Below, piece by piece: positions 29,650 to 39,099 of a stretch of DNA of 64,000 nt. The stretch spans positions 736,001 through 800,000 of the forward strand of contig OZ219754.1 of NCBI GenBank assembly GCA_964291295.2, read 5' to 3'. The position numbers and the translations under genes are program-made. The DNA comes from an uncultured Candidatus Binatia bacterium. Its GTDB lineage: Bacteria; Desulfobacterota; Binatia; UBA9968; JAJDTQ01. How positions within the stretch are numbered: position 1 is the stretch's first letter; every line of letters begins with the position of its first letter. The notes beneath the pieces are model-generated. The model was not told the origin of the DNA. It was given only the letters and a program-made list of their open reading frames with translations, and did no database searches.

Positions 29650-30525
29650 CTACCCGGCCGCCTCCAGCTTGTCCTGCGTTCGCAACTCGAAGTCCGACGC
29701 GTCGTGGCGCTCCCGGAGCTGCTGATCGAGCGGGCCGCTGGTCTTGTTGACGATCCGTCCCCGGACCACCGCCTCACGGGCCGCCATCTCGGCGTACCAG
29801 CGCAGGACGTGGGTGCAGGACCGGGTGTCGAGGAACTCGGCGGCACCGTAGAGGCTGCCGGTGGTGAGCACGCCGTACCAGGGCCAGATGGCCATGTCGG
29901 CGATGGTGTAGACGTCGCCCAGGAGATAGCGGTTGCCGGACAGCCGCTTGTCGAGAACGTCGAGCTGGCGCTTCACCTCCATGGTGAAACGGTCGATGGG
30001 GTACTGCATCTTGCACGGCGCGTAGGCATAGAAATGGCCGAAGCCGCCGCCCAGGTAGGGGGCCGAGCCCATCTGCCAGAACAGCCATGACAGGCACTCG
30101 GCGCGGTCCGACGGGTCTTCCGGAACAAAGGCGCGAAACTTGTCGGCCAGGTAGAGCAGGATCGAGCCCGATTCGAACACCCTTGTCGGCGCCGGCATCG
30201 AGTAGTCCACCAGCGCCGGGATCTTCGAGTTCGGGTTGATGGCAACGAACCCGGAGCCGAACTGATCGCCCTCGCGGATGTTGATGATCCAGGCGTCGTA
30301 CTCCGCGCCGCCGTGTCCGGCGGCCAGCAGTTCCTCCAGCAGGATCGTCACCTTGACGCCGTTGGGCGTTCCCAGCGAATAGAGCTGGAGCGGATGCCTG
30401 CCCCGGGGCAGCTCCTTCCGGTGCGTGGCGCCGGAAACCGGACGGTTGATGTTGGCGAACCGGCCGCCGCTCTCGCGTTCCCATTTCCAGACCCTGGGCG
30501 GTTCGTAATCGGTGTGATCGGCCAT
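29650..30525 (-). CDS. yghU: Glutathione-dependent disulfide-bond oxidoreductase (GST Nu class)
   Basis: FANINRP, LYSLGTPNG, NPNSKIPA, LRERHDASDF. Confidence 0.92.
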   Translation of the reverse strand: MADHTDYEPPRVWKWERESGGRFANINRPVSGATHRKELPRGRHPLQLYSLGTPNGVKVTILLEELLAAGHGGAEYDAWIINIREGDQFGSGFVAINPNSKIPALVDYSMPAPTRVFESGSILLYLADKFRAFVPEDPSDRAECLSWLFWQMGSAPYLGGGFGHFYAYAPCKMQYPIDRFTMEVKRQLDVLDKRLSGNRYLLGDVYTIADMAIWPWYGVLTTGSLYGAAEFLDTRSCTHVLRWYAEMAAREAVVRGRIVNKTSGPLDQQLRERHDASDFELRTQDKLEAAG

Positions 30526-30710
30526 GGCGTCTCCTTCGATGGGATGCGCGACAGGTCCGCACCCACGTGGTGCGGAAGTTCTGCATAACACAATGGCTCC
30601 GCGAGTACACCGGCGGCGTGCCCCGGCCCGGCTCGAACGGTGGACAAGAGCACCGAAAAAGACATAAGAAAGCAGCTGGACAAAAGGAAAAAGAACAAAA
30701 GGAGGAATCC

Positions 30711-31787
30711 ATGGCGAGCGCAAGCGAATCGACCGCAGAGAACACCGTCGCGAACACCGTCACGGAGTTGGCTGGCGAGATCATCGTATCCGCCGACTCC
30801 CATATAATGGAGCCCACGGACCTGTGGGTGGACAACCTGCCGGCAAGCTTCAAGGGCCGGTATCCCGAGTTTCCGCCGCGGAACGCCATTGGCGAAAAGC
30901 CCGGCGGCCACGACCCCCGGGCACGGGTCGAGGAGATGGCGGTGGACGGGGTGTCCGCCGAGGTGCTGTACCCCACCTTGGGTCTGCGCCTGTTCGCCCT
31001 CGAGGACGCAGAGCTTCAGGAGGCCTGCTTCGAGATCGCCAACGACTGGCTCATCGATTACTGCAAGGTGCACCCCGACAAGCTCGTGGGCGTGCCGTCG
31101 GTGTCGCTCTACAACATCGACCACGCCATCCGGGAGATGGAGCGCTGCAAGAAAGCCGGGCTGGTGGGCTGTCTGATCTGGCAGGTGCCGCCGGATCACC
31201 TGCCCTTCACCAGTGACCACTACAACCCGTTCTGGGAGGCGGCCCAGGATCTCCGGATGCCGGTGAACCTCCACATCCTCACGGGGTTCAACTACAGCCG
31301 CTTCGAGCGGCACGGGCTGGACATCTACCGCATGACCGTCAACCAGAAGCTGGCGGACGCCGCCAACACGCTGTTCGACCTGGTCTTCGGCGGCCCCATG
31401 GCCAACTATCCCGACCTCCGGTTCGTCTACGTGGAGAACGAGATATCCTGGGTGCCCTTCTACCTCCACGAGTGGGACAAGTACTTCAAGCGCCACGCCA
31501 CCCGGGCACCGCTGCCGCACATGAAGAAGCTCCCCAGCGAGTACTGCAACGAGCAGTTCTACGCCACCTTCTTCAGCGACCCCACGGGCGGGCGGCTGCT
31601 GGACTGGTGGGGCAGCGATACCTGCATGTGGTCCAACGACTATCCTCACGCGGCGTCCACCTGGCCGCACTCCCGCCAGGTCATCGCCGACGAGCTGGGC
31701 CACCTGCCCGCGGACATCTTCCGCAAGGTCGTGCGCGAGAACGTGCTGCGGCTCTATGACCTCAAGCTGAACGGCATCAACGCCTGA
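30711..31787 (+). CDS. Amidohydrolase family protein
   Basis: VSADSH, NLH, VENE, WSNDYPH; AGGAGG RBS. Confidence 0.9.
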   Translation: MASASESTAENTVANTVTELAGEIIVSADSHIMEPTDLWVDNLPASFKGRYPEFPPRNAIGEKPGGHDPRARVEEMAVDGVSAEVLYPTLGLRLFALEDAELQEACFEIANDWLIDYCKVHPDKLVGVPSVSLYNIDHAIREMERCKKAGLVGCLIWQVPPDHLPFTSDHYNPFWEAAQDLRMPVNLHILTGFNYSRFERHGLDIYRMTVNQKLADAANTLFDLVFGGPMANYPDLRFVYVENEISWVPFYLHEWDKYFKRHATRAPLPHMKKLPSEYCNEQFYATFFSDPTGGRLLDWWGSDTCMWSNDYPHAASTWPHSRQVIADELGHLPADIFRKVVRENVLRLYDLKLNGINA

Positions 31788-31865
31788 GCGGCGGGCGCCG
31801 CGGCCCGCGCACACGGGCCATCGTCATCGACGGAAAGAACGGAAACGTTCGGAAAGGAGTTCGCC

Positions 31866-32354
31866 ATGGAAGCAGTCGCCGAGAAGCAGGAGATCCGAGA
31901 ACAGCCCAGGGCCTACAAGTACTCGCTGAAGACCCCCTACATGCAGCAGGGCCGGGTCACGCAACTGGTGGCCAAGACCGACAACATGTGGATTCACACC
32001 AAGATCAACTCCGAGGGCGGCGAGAACGCGGTTCACTGCCATCTGGACGAGGACCACTCTTTCGTGGTGCTGGAAGGCCGCATGTCGGTGTTCGACGAGA
32101 AGGGCGATGAGTTGCAGATCGAGAAGTACCAGGGAGTGATGATTCCCAAGGGGGCCTACTACCGCTACCTCAACACGGGCGACGGCAATCTCGTGGTGCT
32201 GCGCATCGGCTGCGGCATCGACGCCAAGCCGCAGCGGGGCGACGACGCGCGCCTGCGGCCCGACGGCAAGCCGATCCCCTCCGACTCGGAAGAAAACAAG
32301 ACGCTGCCGCCCATCGAGATGCCCGGCAGGTTCTTCGCGGAATCCGCGGGGTAG
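31866..32354 (+). CDS. Cupin domain protein
   Basis: GGENAVHCHLDEDHSFVVLEG; IPKG.YY. Confidence 0.85.
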   Translation: MEAVAEKQEIREQPRAYKYSLKTPYMQQGRVTQLVAKTDNMWIHTKINSEGGENAVHCHLDEDHSFVVLEGRMSVFDEKGDELQIEKYQGVMIPKGAYYRYLNTGDGNLVVLRIGCGIDAKPQRGDDARLRPDGKPIPSDSEENKTLPPIEMPGRFFAESAG

Positions 32355-32555
32355 CCGCAGGTCGTGCGCATTTCGTAGCATCTTCGCAGCGCCGTCACCC
32401 ACCGGCGCTTCGGGGGCCCGCCCCGGCGGGAGCCTCGAAGCGCCGGCTTCTTCCTGCCAACTCGCCGCGGTGGCGCCAGCACGCCGCCGCCACCGCGCGC
32501 CGGAAATCCACCCGCAAGCCCGGGACATGGGCCGGATGCATACCGTTCCCGCGTC

Positions 32556-33539
32556 ATGATGCAACACACCGGCCAGATCCTCCACGACATCCTGCTGCCG
32601 CTGCTGGTCACGGTGGGCGTGGGCACGCTGATCCACCGGTACCACCCGCTCAGCGTGGAGACGCTCGCGCGCCTCAGCATGTGGCTGTTGGTGCCGTCGT
32701 TCCTGTTGATCAAGATCTACGACAGCGACATTCCCTGGAGCGCGATCTGGCTCATCGCCCTGGTCCTGCTGGTGGTCCTGGCCGTCCTGGGATTGCTGCT
32801 GTTCGCCGGCAGCCGCGCCATCGGCGCATCCAACGAGACCATCGCCGCCGCCATCCTCGGCAGCCTCGTCTTCAATGCCGGCAACTTCGGCGTCCCCGTT
32901 GCCCATCTGCTCTATATCGAGGGCGGTACGCTGTTCCGGGGCCAGCCGGACGCGGACGCGGGCCTGCAGGTCCAGGCTCTGGTGGTGATGCTGAGCAACC
33001 TGCTGATCTGGATCCTGGGCTACATGGTGCTGGCGGTCGCCAAGGGCGGCCGCACCCGGGCGGCCATGGGTTTCTTCAAGCTTCCCATGCCCTACGCGCT
33101 GGCGGCGGCCTTCGCGCTGAGGGAGACCCGCCTGCGGTGGTTCAAGGGCGTCGATTTCCTGCCGGTGTGGGCCGCCTTTCCGCTGCGTTCACTGGCCGGC
33201 GCCCTGGTGCCGATGATGCTGGTGGCCCTGGGCGCGCAGCTTGCCCGGGGCGCCCGCTGGCGCCGGTGGCGGGAGGTGGTGCCAATCGCCGTCATCAAGC
33301 TCCTGGCCGTGCCCGCGCTCGTCGGCGGCGCGGTCTACGCCTGCGGCCTCTGGCCCTGGCCCGGCGCCCACCTCATCATCGGCGCCGCCGCACCCACCGC
33401 CGTCAACACCCTGATCCTGACACTGGAACTCGACGGCGACGCCGAGCTGACCGGCGACGTGGTATTCTGGACCACGATCTTCTCCGGGGCCACCGTGGCC
33501 GGCGTCATCGCAGTGGTGACTACGCTGGGCGGGGCCTGA
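32556..33539 (+). CDS. AEC (auxin efflux carrier) family transporter
   Basis: NAGNFGVP, P.MLV.LG, KLL..P, APTAVN. Confidence 0.88.
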   Translation: MMQHTGQILHDILLPLLVTVGVGTLIHRYHPLSVETLARLSMWLLVPSFLLIKIYDSDIPWSAIWLIALVLLVVLAVLGLLLFAGSRAIGASNETIAAAILGSLVFNAGNFGVPVAHLLYIEGGTLFRGQPDADAGLQVQALVVMLSNLLIWILGYMVLAVAKGGRTRAAMGFFKLPMPYALAAAFALRETRLRWFKGVDFLPVWAAFPLRSLAGALVPMMLVALGAQLARGARWRRWREVVPIAVIKLLAVPALVGGAVYACGLWPWPGAHLIIGAAAPTAVNTLILTLELDGDAELTGDVVFWTTIFSGATVAGVIAVVTTLGGA

Positions 33540-33622
33540 CGGCGGCGTTTCCGCCCTCACCGCAAACCAACGCCCGCGACCGTTGCCGAGGACCGGGAAA
33601 GACCCGGGCAGGACCGCCGGAT

Positions 33623-33662
33623 GGCGGGGCTTCCCTTGACTCGGCGGGGCTTCCCTTGACTC
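33623..33662. repeat. Exact 20-bp tandem duplication
   Basis: GGCGGGGCTTCCCTTGACTC x2. Confidence 0.9.
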
Positions 33663-33825
33663 GACCCGGGAGTTGTGTCGTCAAGAAGACCGGGGGCGGC
33701 GGAAGGGATCCACGCAGGCTGTCTGCCAGGGGGACCGGCAAGGCGGCCCATTGCCCGCGCATGCCGCCGCGCCCGCCGCGAATGCGGGTCCGCGGGACAC
33801 CACCGCGCCATACGGGAGGAATCGC

Positions 33826-34611
33826 ATGAGACTTGCAGAACAGGTCGCCGTCGTCGTCGGCGGCGCCCGCGGCATCGGCGAAGCCATTGCCCATACCTTC
33901 GCCCGCGAGGGTGCAAAGATCATCCTGGTGGACCTGGAGAAGACCAAGCCCGAGCTTGACGGCGTGGTTCGAGCCATCCGGCGGAACGGCGGAGAGGCGA
34001 CCGCACTGACGGCCGACGCCACCGACGCGGCGCAGGTCGAGCGCATGGTGGCCGACGTCGTGAGCCGCTGGGGCCGGCTGGACATCCTCGTCAACAGCGT
34101 CGGCTTCCGCGGCCCCATGGTGCCGGTACACGAGATCACCGAAGAAGATTGGGACGCCGTCCTCGAGGTCAACCTCAAGGCGGCCTTTCTCTGCTGCAAG
34201 GCCGCGCTGAAGGTAATGATGGAGCGGAAGCGCGGCAGCATCGTCAGCATCTCGGGCACCGCCGGGCGCGAAGGCATGGCGCTGCGCGGCTCCCTGTGCG
34301 CCGCCAAGTGGGGCCTTCTGGGACTCACCCAGACCATCGCAAGGGAGGCCGGCCCCTCCGGCGTCCGCGCCAACGTCATCTGCCCCGGCGGCATGGACGA
34401 GGCCGACCTGCGGGACATGTACCGGGAACGGGCGAAAGGACTCGGCGTCTCCTTCGAGGCGCTGGAGAAGAGCGTCCTGGCACAGACCCCGCTGCGGAAA
34501 CACGCCCGGCACCAGGAAGTCGCCAACGCCGCCCTCTTCCTCGCCTCCGACGACTCCTCCCACACCACCGGCGAAGCACTGAACGTCTCGGGCGGCCGGC
34601 TGATGTCATGA
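33826..34611 (+). CDS. SDR family oxidoreductase
   Basis: GGARGIG, DILVN, NVICPG. The YxxxK motif appears as LCAAK. Confidence 0.9.
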   Translation: MRLAEQVAVVVGGARGIGEAIAHTFAREGAKIILVDLEKTKPELDGVVRAIRRNGGEATALTADATDAAQVERMVADVVSRWGRLDILVNSVGFRGPMVPVHEITEEDWDAVLEVNLKAAFLCCKAALKVMMERKRGSIVSISGTAGREGMALRGSLCAAKWGLLGLTQTIAREAGPSGVRANVICPGGMDEADLRDMYRERAKGLGVSFEALEKSVLAQTPLRKHARHQEVANAALFLASDDSSHTTGEALNVSGGRLMS

Positions 34612-34778
34612 GCCGCCCGGGCGGTGACGGACACGCACCGTTGAACCACCAGTGGAAATCTGCGAGACTCGCCCCATGCATGCTGGCATAAGTGTTGCTG
34701 ATACAACCTTATGTGTGGAGTGTATCCCAATTGACCGGAGCGGCAGTGTTGCCGAACGTCTCAGGGTCGGGAAGTCCC

Positions 34779-36026
34779 ATGGGATCGCCTCACAGGCAAC
34801 CTAAGTTGCCGAAATATAATCACAAACTTTCTTCCCCGGGTACTTCGGCGTTCTCGTATCCAGAGCAGGGCATATACCTTGATTATGCTGCGACGACCCC
34901 GGTTGCGCCGGAAGTCGCGCACACGATGGCCAAGTTTCTGACGGCCGACGGCGTCTTTGGAAACCCGCACTCCGTCACCCACCGCTTTGGGCATGCAGCT
35001 TCGGAGGCCGTTGAGGAGGCCCGCGAACATGTCGCGGCGTTGATTGGTGCCGAGGCCGATGACATCTTCTGGACCTCGGGTGCAACAGAGTCGATCAATC
35101 TGGCCATCAAGGGAGCACTGTTATCCCCTGGCGTACACGGCCGGCACCTGCTCGTCTCCTCACTTGAGCATAGAGCGGTACTCGACACCGCACGCTGGCT
35201 CTCCGACAAAGACCTTGACGTGACGTACCTTGCGCCTGATGCGGATGGTTTGATCACACCGGAGGTCGTCCGCGCGGGCCTTCGACCGGACACCGCGCTG
35301 GTCTCTCTCATGCACGTCAACAATGAGGTCGGCACCGTCACCGACATTTCGAGCGTCGCCCGCATGGTGCGGAACAACGGAACACTGCTTCATGTTGACG
35401 CCGCACAAAGTGCCGCACGACTCCCGATCGATGTATCGCTGATGGACGTCGATCTGCTGTCATTGAGCAGCCACAAGATCTACGGCCCGAAAGGAGTGGG
35501 GGCATTGTTTGTGCGGCGGTCTGTTCAGCCGTTGCTTGTGCCTCAAATCCACGGAGGCGGGCAGGAACATGGATTGCGGGCCGGTACGCTGGCGACCCAT
35601 CAGGTCGTTGGCATGGGAGCGGCGGCACGGCTCCTTGACGACTGTCAGAGTAGCGACGCGGAACGAGTGGCAGCCATTGACCGACGCCTCCTTGGCTGGC
35701 TGGTCGGAATTGAGGGGGCAGTCGTCAACGGCAACCGTATCGCACGAGTCCCAGGCATACTGAACATCGCCTTTCCAGGCGTGGAGGCCGAATCGCTGAT
35801 GCTGGCTCTTGACAAAGTGGCGGTCTCGGCAGGCTCCGCGTGCACGGCTTCATCCATTGAGCCCTCACACGTACTGGAAGGACTTGGTGTCACCGACACG
35901 CTGGCACTCTCCTCCGTACGATTCAGCGTGGGTCGCTATACGACGGAGGCGGACGTCGACACCGCTGGACAACGCGTTCATGACGCCGTGGCGGCTCTCC
36001 GGACCATTAGGGGCATTACGGTATGA
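34779..36026 (+). CDS. dndA: Cysteine desulfurase, DndA/IscS-like
   Basis: YLDYAATTP, SGATES, NNEVG, DAAQ, SSHKIYGPKG (PLP Lys), SAGSACT (catalytic Cys). Stop overlaps the dndC start. Start uncertain. Confidence 0.85.
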   Translation: MGSPHRQPKLPKYNHKLSSPGTSAFSYPEQGIYLDYAATTPVAPEVAHTMAKFLTADGVFGNPHSVTHRFGHAASEAVEEAREHVAALIGAEADDIFWTSGATESINLAIKGALLSPGVHGRHLLVSSLEHRAVLDTARWLSDKDLDVTYLAPDADGLITPEVVRAGLRPDTALVSLMHVNNEVGTVTDISSVARMVRNNGTLLHVDAAQSAARLPIDVSLMDVDLLSLSSHKIYGPKGVGALFVRRSVQPLLVPQIHGGGQEHGLRAGTLATHQVVGMGAAARLLDDCQSSDAERVAAIDRRLLGWLVGIEGAVVNGNRIARVPGILNIAFPGVEAESLMLALDKVAVSAGSACTASSIEPSHVLEGLGVTDTLALSSVRFSVGRYTTEADVDTAGQRVHDAVAALRTIRGITV

Positions 36027-37195
36027 AGGCATCGACGGATTCCCATACCAGCCGTAGTCGCTTGACGAGTCTACCGACGCGCCTCAACAAGATTGCGGAC
36101 ACGCTTCGAGGCGAGTACGGGCGAAAGCACAGCCATCCCTGGATTGTTGCCTATTCCGGAGGGAAAGACTCTACCCTTCTCCTGCAGATGATTTGGGAAA
36201 CCGTGATGGCGCTGCCGACAGAGCGGCGTCACCGATCCATCCTGGTCGTCGGCAACGACACTCTCGTTGAGTCGCCACTCGTCATTCGACATATGCGAGA
36301 ATCGCTCAAAGTGATCGGAGACGCCGCCGCGGCACAAGAAATGCCCGTCGACATTCGTGTCACCACACCAGCCATCGACCAGACATTCTGGGTCAGTGTG
36401 ATAGGGCGAGGCTACATCCCGCCCACAAGGAATTTTCGGTGGTGCACGGACCGGATGAAAATTCGGCCGACCAGCCAGTTGCTGCGGGACATCGTGAGGG
36501 AGTACGGAGGAGCCTTTCTCCTGATTGGTACCCGCCGGAGCGAATCGCAAAACCGGCAGCGCGGCATGGACCGGCGCAAGGTGTCTGCCGGAAAAGCCAA
36601 TCATCACGACTCTGTAGACGGCTGCCGTATCTTCTCTCCACTTGCCGACCTCGACGATGACGATGTCTGGATGGTCTTGATGCAGCGCCGCCCGCCTTGG
36701 GGTGGCACCCATCGCCACCTAATCACTCTCTATCGTCAGGCTGGCGGGGGCGAATGCCCTCTGGTCATGACCCGGGATGACGCACCATCCTGTGGCACTT
36801 CCTCCCCGCGGTTCGGTTGTTGGACATGCACCGTGGTCGCCAAAGACCGCAGTCTTCGGGGCCTGATCGACTCGGGACACAAGGACGCCACGAAGATGGA
36901 AAGCCTGTCGGACTTCCGCGAGTGGCTCATCGCTCTGCGTGAGGACAACAGCAATCGCCTACCTGTGCGCCGCGACGGTAACCCGCGGAACCGTGCTGAC
37001 GGCTCCCAAGTATTCGGTCCGTTCACCCTAGCCGTTCGTGAAACCATTCTGGAACGACTCCTCGCACTGGAGAAAACGATCGGCGACACCCTCATCAGCC
37101 CGGCCGAGATCGAGTGCATCGAAGATGTCTGGTGGCGTGACAGAATCACCGAAAACGGACGCCTCGCCCTGCTCGAATCCGTAAACGCCCCATGA
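36023..37195 (+). CDS. dndC: DNA phosphorothioation sulfurtransferase DndC (PAPS-reductase fold)
   Basis: PWIVAYSGGKDS, DTLVESP, TFWV..IGRGY.PP...FRWCTDRMKI.P, GTRRSES, ECPL, SCG..RFGCWTCTVV.KD.S, GPFTL..R. Confidence 0.9.
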   Translation: MKASTDSHTSRSRLTSLPTRLNKIADTLRGEYGRKHSHPWIVAYSGGKDSTLLLQMIWETVMALPTERRHRSILVVGNDTLVESPLVIRHMRESLKVIGDAAAAQEMPVDIRVTTPAIDQTFWVSVIGRGYIPPTRNFRWCTDRMKIRPTSQLLRDIVREYGGAFLLIGTRRSESQNRQRGMDRRKVSAGKANHHDSVDGCRIFSPLADLDDDDVWMVLMQRRPPWGGTHRHLITLYRQAGGGECPLVMTRDDAPSCGTSSPRFGCWTCTVVAKDRSLRGLIDSGHKDATKMESLSDFREWLIALREDNSNRLPVRRDGNPRNRADGSQVFGPFTLAVRETILERLLALEKTIGDTLISPAEIECIEDVWWRDRITENGRLALLESVNAP

Positions 37196-38967
37196 CCCGG
37201 GTCACGTCAGAGGTACTGCTTGTGTCCCAACTCTTCCTCAAGGGACGCTTCACCGTGCCATGGCATCAACGGTACTACGACTGGACCCTGGAACAGGTCA
37301 CCGAACTGCTGGTCGACCTGAAGGAGGCTCGCGACGAAGGCCGATCCAGTTATTTTCTCGGGTCCATCATGCTCGTCAAAGGCGAGGATGTCTGGGAAAT
37401 CAACGACGGCCAACAGCGTCTCATCACGCTTTCCCTGCTTTTTGCGGCGTTTGGCCGTCGGTTCGCAAGGAACCGGGAAAGCGACGGTGGCCGCGAGATG
37501 CTCGCATTACGCGTCCTGTTCGACCGTCCTGACACCGCCGTCGATAATTTTGACGATACGACACGCGCAGTACCGCGCATCAAGCCGCCACGTCAGGACC
37601 GATCGCGTTTTACTCAGATTATCCGTGGACTCGATATCGGCACGAACGGCAAACTGACCTCGACCTGGAATGAGGTGGCGCTGTTCGTCAGTGCAATGGG
37701 TTCACCTGAAACCCGAATGTTCTTCGACTTCCTTGTGGAGAAGGTTGAGGTTGGTGTTCTCTACGTCCCGAAGACAGAAGACGCCAACGCCGTCTTCGAG
37801 GCCTTGAACGGGCGTGGCAAACGATTGGACGATGTCGATCTGATCCGGAACCATCTCTACTCATACTTCAGCGATTCTACCGATACACAGCGTCGCCAAG
37901 CTGTCCACACACAGCTTGAAAACGTACTTGCCACCACTCGAAACCCTACTCGGTCGCAAGAGTACTTCCGCTGCTTTTTCCAGTGCAAGTACGGCTATCT
38001 TCAGAAGAAACGATTTTACCGGGATACGCGCGCGAAAATCCGCAGTTCTGTCGGCCGCCAAGATGGAGACCCATACGTCTACTTGCTCATTCATGAACTT
38101 GCCAAACCCGCCAGTGTTGAACTGTTTCGCACCATCAGTGCCACAAACCCGAGCCAGGAACTGCTTGATGCCTTCTGCAAAGCATCCGGGACCACGATGG
38201 CCAAGCGCAACCTGCCCGTTTTCATTCGGGAACTGCGTGGCTACAAGGTCGTTCAACCATTGATGTTCGCGCTACTGCGGCGGTTTGTCGAGGCTGGAGA
38301 TCAGGACCGGCACTCCGTAGCCAAAGCCGCCCATCGGTGCCTCAGCGATCTCTCCTCCTTCGTGATGCGAGTCTCTTTCTGCGAGGTCAAATTCGAACCA
38401 TCCAGACTCGAGCCGGGATTTGCCAATTGCGCCAGGAGAGTCGCCGCCAGCACCAAGGTCACGGATCTCGATATCACGACCGATCTCGAAGAGTGTGACG
38501 ATTTGCCGATAATGGATGACGCGCGATTTATTGCTCGACTCGTCGAAATACAGATGACCGACTCCCGTCGCGCCAAACGCTTGCTGTTCGGAATCATTGC
38601 CGAACAAGAACCGGAAGGCCGTGCCTTCGACTACGAGGGCTGTTCCGTGGAGCATATCTTGCCGCAGTCGAAAACCTATTGGCCCGGTTGGACCGGCTTC
38701 AAGTCGGCCGGACCCGACCTCCGGGACTGGGTTGCCCGGATCGGCAACCTGACACTGCTGGGCGACAACGTCGCCCATGCTCGGCACAGTTTCAACGCCA
38801 ACTTCGCCGCCAAGAAGCCAGATTTTGAACACAGCCCATTTGCAATGACACGCGACATTGCAAAACATGAGGACTGGACGCCAACGGCAGTGGCCGAACG
38901 CTCAAGGGACCTTGCAAAGGCGGCCAGTCAGGTATGGTGCTTTTCCAGATCCGCGGCGCGAGGATGA
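37192..38967 (+). CDS. DUF262 + DUF1524 (HNH) protein, SspE/GmrSD-like
   Basis: VPWHQRYYDW, YFLGSI, NDGQQR, FEALNGRG..L...DL; C-terminal VEHILPQ...IGNLTLL. Confidence 0.88.
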   Translation: MTRVTSEVLLVSQLFLKGRFTVPWHQRYYDWTLEQVTELLVDLKEARDEGRSSYFLGSIMLVKGEDVWEINDGQQRLITLSLLFAAFGRRFARNRESDGGREMLALRVLFDRPDTAVDNFDDTTRAVPRIKPPRQDRSRFTQIIRGLDIGTNGKLTSTWNEVALFVSAMGSPETRMFFDFLVEKVEVGVLYVPKTEDANAVFEALNGRGKRLDDVDLIRNHLYSYFSDSTDTQRRQAVHTQLENVLATTRNPTRSQEYFRCFFQCKYGYLQKKRFYRDTRAKIRSSVGRQDGDPYVYLLIHELAKPASVELFRTISATNPSQELLDAFCKASGTTMAKRNLPVFIRELRGYKVVQPLMFALLRRFVEAGDQDRHSVAKAAHRCLSDLSSFVMRVSFCEVKFEPSRLEPGFANCARRVAASTKVTDLDITTDLEECDDLPIMDDARFIARLVEIQMTDSRRAKRLLFGIIAEQEPEGRAFDYEGCSVEHILPQSKTYWPGWTGFKSAGPDLRDWVARIGNLTLLGDNVAHARHSFNANFAAKKPDFEHSPFAMTRDIAKHEDWTPTAVAERSRDLAKAASQVWCFSRSAARG

Positions 38968-39099
38968 TCCACGAAACTGCATGAGCTTGTAGTTCCCGGG
39001 TCGTAGCGCAAATTCGATGACGAAGTGCATTTCACACGCGGCTATCGCGACGTGTCAACGAGATGCGTCCGAAACGACCGTCTCTGCGTGAATCTTCGA

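Noticed and set aside
29462-29725. Possible BrnT-like toxin relic (CGVDFETAA)
   Set aside because: The resemblance is limited to a few residues, with no RBS and no antitoxin partner.
34779-36026. Housekeeping iscS of an Fe-S assembly operon
   Set aside because: No iscR/iscU/hscAB neighbours, the IscS C-terminal tail appears absent, and the gene is translationally coupled to dndC inside an atypical-composition island.
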